From an uncultured Actinomycetes bacterium (GTDB lineage Bacteria > Actinomycetota > UBA4738 > HRBIN12), in contig CAVXYE010000004.1 of NCBI GenBank assembly GCA_963765865.1, positions 268,117 through 332,116 of the forward strand: 64,000 nucleotides of DNA, given 5' to 3'. Shown here one piece after another: positions 59,560-64,000 of this stretch. A program made the position numbers and the translations under genes. Within the stretch, counting starts at the first letter, position 1; every line of letters begins with the position of its first letter. A model generated the notes under the pieces. It saw only the letters and a list, made by a program, of their open reading frames with translations. It was not told the origin of the DNA and did no database searches.

Positions 59560-61221
59560 TCACGCCGGCGCGTGACGGTAGAACGGGACCGGCTCGGCCG
59601 GCGCGGGCGTGTTGCCCAGGATCAGGTCCGCCGCCTTCTCGGCCACCATCATCACCGGCGCGTAGATGTTGCCGTTCGTGATGGACGGGAACACCGAGGC
59701 GTCGACGACGCGCAGGCCTTCGGTGCCGTGGACGCGCATCGATCCCGGATCGACGACCGCCATCGGATCCGCGGCGTCTCCCATCGTGCAGGTGCACGAG
59801 GGGTGCAGGGCCGTCTCGCCGTCCCGAGCCACCCACGCCAGGATCTGTTCGTCCGTCTCGACCGCCGAGCCGGGTGAGAGCTCGCCGCCTTCGAACGGCT
59901 CGAACGCGGGCTGACCCAGGATCCGTCGCACGAGGCGGATCGCCTCCACCCACTCCCGCCGGTCCTGGTCGGTCGACAGGTAGTTGAACCGCAGGCTCGG
60001 GTGCACGCGCGGGTCCGTGTCCGTGATCGCCACGGTGCCTCGCGCGTCCGAGTTCATGGGCCCGATGTGGACCTGGTACCCGTGGTCGCTCGCCGGCGCC
60101 GACCCGTCGTAGCGCACGGCGATCGGCAGGAAGTGGAACATCAGGTTCGGATACGCGACGTCGTCGTTGCTCCGCGCGAACCCTCCGCCCTCGAAGTGGT
60201 TCGTGGCGCCAGGGCCGCGCCGGAACAGGAGCCATTCCAGACCGACCCACGGCCGGTTCCGCCACCGGAGGTACGGCGCGACCGAGACCGGCTGCGTGCA
60301 CGCGTGCTGGACGTACACCTCCAGGTGATCCTGGAGGTTCTGGCCCACGCCCGGGACGTCCTGCACGACGTCGACCCCGAGCGCCTTCAGGTCGTCCGCG
60401 TTGCCGACCCCCGAGAGCTGGAGGGTCTGCGGCGAGTTGATCGCCCCGCCGCAGAGCAGGACCTCGCCGGCCCGGACCCGGTGCGGCGTCCCGCGATGCA
60501 CGTACTCGACGCCTATCGCCCGGTTCCCGTCGAACAGGATCCGCGTCACGAACGCGCGCGTCGTCACGTCGAGGTTGCGACGGTGCATCACCGGGTGGAG
60601 GTAGGCGCGCGCGGCCGACAGGCGGCGCCCATCGTGCACGTTCCGATCGAAGGCCGCGAAGCCCTCCTGCCGGTACCCGTTGACGTCGTCCGTGAGCTGC
60701 AGGCCGGCCTGCTGCACCGCCTCGAAGAACGCGCCGAACAACGGGTTGGTCGCGGGTCCGCGTTCGAGGATCAGCGGCCCGGCGTGCCCGCGGAACGGGT
60801 CGTCGCGCTCGGCCGCCAGGCACGTCTCCATCCGCTTGAAGTACGGCAGGCAATGCGCGTAGTCCCAGGTCTCCATCCCGGGGGCCGCCGCCCAGCGTTC
60901 GTAGTCCAGCGGGTTGCCACGCTGGAAGATCATCCCGTTGATGCTGCTGGAGCCGCCCAGCACCTTGCCGCGCGCGTGGTAGATCCGCCGGCCGCCCATG
61001 TGGGGCTCGGGCTCGGACTCGTACTTCCAGTCGTAGAACCGGCTCCCGATCGGGAACGTGAGGGCCGCCGGCATCTGGATGAAGACGTCCCAGCTGCGGT
61101 CGGGACGGCCGGCTTCCAGGACGAGGACGCTGTTGGAGGGGTCCGAGGACAGGCGGTTCGCCAGGACGCTGCCGGCGGACCCACCGCCCACGATGACGAA
61201 GTCGTAGCGCCCGGCCATCAC
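59560..61221 (-). CDS. GMC-family oxidoreductase (choline dehydrogenase-like)
   Basis: N-terminal FAD motif [23 protein letters not shown] signatures and C-terminal ...HPSCTCTMG... Confidence 0.85.
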   Translation of the reverse strand: MMAGRYDFVIVGGGSAGSVLANRLSSDPSNSVLVLEAGRPDRSWDVFIQMPAALTFPIGSRFYDWKYESEPEPHMGGRRIYHARGKVLGGSSSINGMIFQRGNPLDYERWAAAPGMETWDYAHCLPYFKRMETCLAAERDDPFRGHAGPLILERGPATNPLFGAFFEAVQQAGLQLTDDVNGYRQEGFAAFDRNVHDGRRLSAARAYLHPVMHRRNLDVTTRAFVTRILFDGNRAIGVEYVHRGTPHRVRAGEVLLCGGAINSPQTLQLSGVGNADDLKALGVDVVQDVPGVGQNLQDHLEVYVQHACTQPVSVAPYLRWRNRPWVGLEWLLFRRGPGATNHFEGGGFARSNDDVAYPNLMFHFLPIAVRYDGSAPASDHGYQVHIGPMNSDARGTVAITDTDPRVHPSLRFNYLSTDQDRREWVEAIRLVRRILGQPAFEPFEGGELSPGSAVETDEQILAWVARDGETALHPSCTCTMGDAADPMAVVDPGSMRVHGTEGLRVVDASVFPSITNGNIYAPVMMVAEKAADLILGNTPAPAEPVPFYRHAPA

Positions 61222-61302
61222 GCTGAGTCTCTACCAGGCTAGGCTGGCGCGCGCAGCTCCTGTTGTCGAGGCCGCAACCGCTACCTTGCGCCCGGTCGAT
61301 GG

Positions 61303-62373
61303 GTGGCCGACCATCGGCCGTTGGCTCCGAGCACCGAGGGGGTCCGTTTGGACGACGTGCCGCAGGCGATCGTTTCGTGCCGGAACGTCTGGAAGATCTA
61401 CGGACCGAAGGCCGACCGCATCGTCGGCACCCCCGACGCCGACCTGCCGCGCGAGGAGCTGCTCCAGAAGACGGGCTGCGTCGCCGCGGTCCGCGACGTG
61501 TCCTTCGATGTGCAGCCCGGCGAGGTGTTCGTGGTCATGGGCCTCTCCGGCTCGGGCAAGTCCACGCTGGTGCGGATGTTGAACCGGCTGCACGACCCGA
61601 CCGCCGGGGAAGTGCTGCTCGCCGGCGAGGACATCATGCAGCTGGACGACGAACGGCTGCGCGAGGTCCGTCGGCGGAAGATCAGCATGGTGTTCCAGCA
61701 CTTCGGGCTCCTGCCGCACCGTCGCATCGTGGACAACGTGGCGTTCGGCCTCGAGATCCGCGGGGTCGACAAGGAGCAACGCGAGGCGAAGGCGACCGAG
61801 GTCCTGCAGGTCGTCGGGTTGGCCGGCCTGGGGGACGCCTATCCCGACGAGCTCTCGGGAGGGATGCAGCAGCGCGTCGGGCTCGCGCGCGCGCTCGCGA
61901 CCGACCCCGAGATCATGCTGTTCGACGAGCCGTTCAGCGCGCTCGACCCGCTGATCCGCCGCGACATGCAGGACGAGGTGATCCGGCTCCAGCGCGACGT
62001 CCAGAAGACGATGATCTTCATCACGCACGACCTCGCGGAGGCGCTGAAGCTCGGCGACCGGATCGCGATCATGAAGGACGGGCGGTTCGTCCAGGTCGGG
62101 ACGCCCGAGGAGGTCGTCGCCCATCCGGCGGACGACTACGTCGCCGACTTCACGCGAGACGTCCCTCGAGCGCACGTGCTGACGGCGAGGACGATCATGC
62201 GGTCGACCAACGGCGAGACCGACTTCGCCGGCGACGTTGCCGCCGACGCGATCCTCCAGTCGCTGCTCCCGCTGGTCGTCAAGGACGAGCGGCCCTACCG
62301 GGTCGTCGAGGACGGCGCCCAGGTGGGCGTCGTCGACCGCACGGCGGTGCTCGCCGCCATGGTGGAGGCCTGA
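61303..62373 (+). CDS. proV: glycine betaine/proline ABC transporter ATP-binding protein (ProV/OpuAA-like)
   Basis: Walker A GLSGSGKST, signature LSGGMQQRVGLARAL, Walker B LFDEPFSALD. C-terminal CBS-like extension. The start may be slightly downstream of 61303. Confidence 0.85.
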   Translation: MADHRPLAPSTEGVRLDDVPQAIVSCRNVWKIYGPKADRIVGTPDADLPREELLQKTGCVAAVRDVSFDVQPGEVFVVMGLSGSGKSTLVRMLNRLHDPTAGEVLLAGEDIMQLDDERLREVRRRKISMVFQHFGLLPHRRIVDNVAFGLEIRGVDKEQREAKATEVLQVVGLAGLGDAYPDELSGGMQQRVGLARALATDPEIMLFDEPFSALDPLIRRDMQDEVIRLQRDVQKTMIFITHDLAEALKLGDRIAIMKDGRFVQVGTPEEVVAHPADDYVADFTRDVPRAHVLTARTIMRSTNGETDFAGDVAADAILQSLLPLVVKDERPYRVVEDGAQVGVVDRTAVLAAMVEA

Positions 62374-62378
62374 GCCAA

Positions 62379-64000
62379 GTGGCCGTACCGCTCCGAGAGG
62401 CACAGCAGGTCGCCGACGTCGCGGTCGTCCCGCACGCACCGGTCTCGCCGTGGCGACGACGCGCGGTCTGGGTCGCGGGCACCGTCGCGGTGCTTGCGCT
62501 CGGGATGATCCTGTTCTCCGGCGGCTTCCCCGACTCGCTCGTCGTCGACGCCGCGAAGCCGTTCAATGCCTTCGGTGACTGGGTGATCACGCATCAGCGC
62601 ACGAACCCGCTGTTCGTGGACTTCCTCGTGCCGCTCAAGAACGGCATCAACTCGATCGTCGATCAGCTGCAGCTCCTGCTCGCGCGGATGACCTGGCTCG
62701 GCGTGACGGTGACCGCTGGCCGCGATCGCCGGCGTGCTCGCCGGGTGGAGGATGGCGATCCTGGCCGCGGCCGGCTTCGTCGCCCTGGGGCTGCTGGGCC
62801 TCTGGGCCGACAGCCTCATCACGCTGACGCTCGTCCTGGTCTCGGTCGGGGTCGCCCTCGTGATCGGGATCCCCGTCGGGATCCTGTCCGCCCGACATGC
62901 CGCGCCTCGAGCAGGTCCTGCGGCCGGTCCTCGACGCGATGCAGACGGTCCCGGCGTTCGCCTACCTGGTGCCGTTGGTCTTGCTGTTCAGCATCGGGAC
63001 GACGTCGGCGATGATCGCGACGGTGATCTTCGCGTTGCCCCCCGCGATCCGCCTGACCAGCCTCGGGATCCGCTCCGTTCCCGAGACGTCCGTCGAGGTC
63101 GGCTCGTCGTTCGGCGCGACGTCGCGGGCAGGTGCTGCGGAAGGTGCAGCTCCCGCTCGCGAAGCCGTCGATCATGCTCGGCGTCAACCAGACGATCATG
63201 ATGGCGCTCGGCATCATCGTGATCGCCGCCACGGTGGGGTACCCGGGCCTCGGACTGAACGTGTATCAGGCGCTCCAGTCCCTCAACGTTGGTGCCGCCC
63301 TCACGGCGGGCATCGGGATCGTGATCCTGGCGATCGTGCTGGACCGGGTGTCGTACGCGTGGAGCCGTCGCGATCGCGCGCGACGCGGATCCACCACGAT
63401 CCATCTCTTCGGCTTCTCCGTGTCTCGCCGCCTCGGCGTGGCGCTGGCCGCGGTCGTCATCGTGGCCGCGATCCTGATCGGCCGGGAAGTGCTTCGGCAG
63501 GAGAACTTCCCGGACGGATGGGCCATCTCCATCGAGGATCCGGTGAACACGGTCGTCTCGTGGATCACGCGCACGATCGGCGGCGTGACCAGTGCCATCA
63601 CGGACGCCGCCGTGAAGTACGGGCTGGACCCGCTCCGGAGCCTCCTGCTCGGCCTGCCGTGGTGGATGGTGTGCGGCGGTGCCGCACTCGCCGCATGGGC
63701 CGCCTCGCGGAGCATCGCGCTGTCGATCGTGTCGTTCCTGTGCATCGCGGCGATCGGCGTCCTCGGGATGTGGGACATCGCGATGGACACGCTCAGCCAG
63801 GTGATCGTCGCCGTGATCCTCTGCGTCGCCATCGCGGTCCCGGTCGGGATCTGGTCGTCGCAGAGCGACCGTGTTCAACGCGCGTTGCGACCGTTCCTCG
63901 ATGTGATGCAGACGATGCCCCAGTTCGTCTACCTGGTCCCCGTCGTCGCCTTGTTCGGGGTTGGGCGCGTCCCCGGCGTGATCGCCGCGCTCGTGTACGC
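62379..64000 (+). pseudogene. proW: glycine betaine ABC permease (ProW/OpuAB-like), tandem two-domain form, three apparent frameshifts, partial at window end
   Basis: Permease segments appear successively in frames 0, 1, 2, 0 (switches ~62715, ~62890, ~63127), each at a G/C run. Two copies of the ...D(A/V)MQT(V/M)P(A/Q)F(A/V)YLVP(L/V)V(L/A)LF(S/G)(I/V)G... core indicate an internal duplication. Runs off the window. Confidence 0.55.

Overview
This is a high-GC (~70%) bacterial chromosome segment. Gene content points to Actinomycetota: DivIVA, DUF3263, LytR_C, an F420-type PPOX, MMPL/TetR, a CIRCE-controlled standalone groEL, and SLH domains suggesting a Thermoleophilia/Rubrobacteria-like envelope. 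About 60 genes on both strands, mostly housekeeping or accessory metabolism. No rRNA, CRISPR, transposase or integrase seen.

Genes called with reasonable support:
- Translation and chaperones: TrmH-family RNA methyltransferase, tRNA-Thr(TGT), groEL, a GroES-like protein, a HemK-like methyltransferase, and a DEAD-box helicase.
- Central metabolism: AMP-forming acetyl-CoA synthetase, an ADP-forming acyl-CoA synthetase, transketolase, Kbl, an enoyl-CoA hydratase, and a 4HBT thioesterase.
- Molybdenum cofactor: moaA, a small DUF protein, a flavodoxin-like protein and a MogA-XdhC fusion.
- Signalling: an orphan GAF/PAS histidine kinase, and two paralogous PAS/GAF-GGDEF-EAL proteins in inverted orientation.
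- Transport: a PotD-B-C operon with a convergent potA, a ProV/ProW betaine system, MFS, EamA and MMPL transporters.
- Secreted hydrolases: sulfatase, a PLC/AcpA-like phosphoesterase, two S9 peptidases, and an NlpC/P60 protein with SLH repeats.
- Uncharacterised: an ATP-grasp ligase immediately upstream of a C45 Ntn-hydrolase and YjbQ; a KamA-family radical SAM protein; several DUF proteins.

Points that affect interpretation:
- At least 10 apparent single-base frameshifts in 8 genes, all at short G/C runs. Each restores a conserved protein when one base is removed. This looks like systematic homopolymer sequencing/assembly error rather than gene decay, so CDS boundaries for those genes are approximate.
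- A ~2 kb lower-GC islet (1.5-3.6 kb) abuts tRNA-Thr and ends in a degenerate copy of the tRNA 3' end. I read it as a decayed integrative-element remnant carrying small metal-related genes and a STAS gene.
- Many long ORFs in the six-frame track (antisense or alternate-frame, 500-1000 aa) are GC-skew artefacts and were not called.
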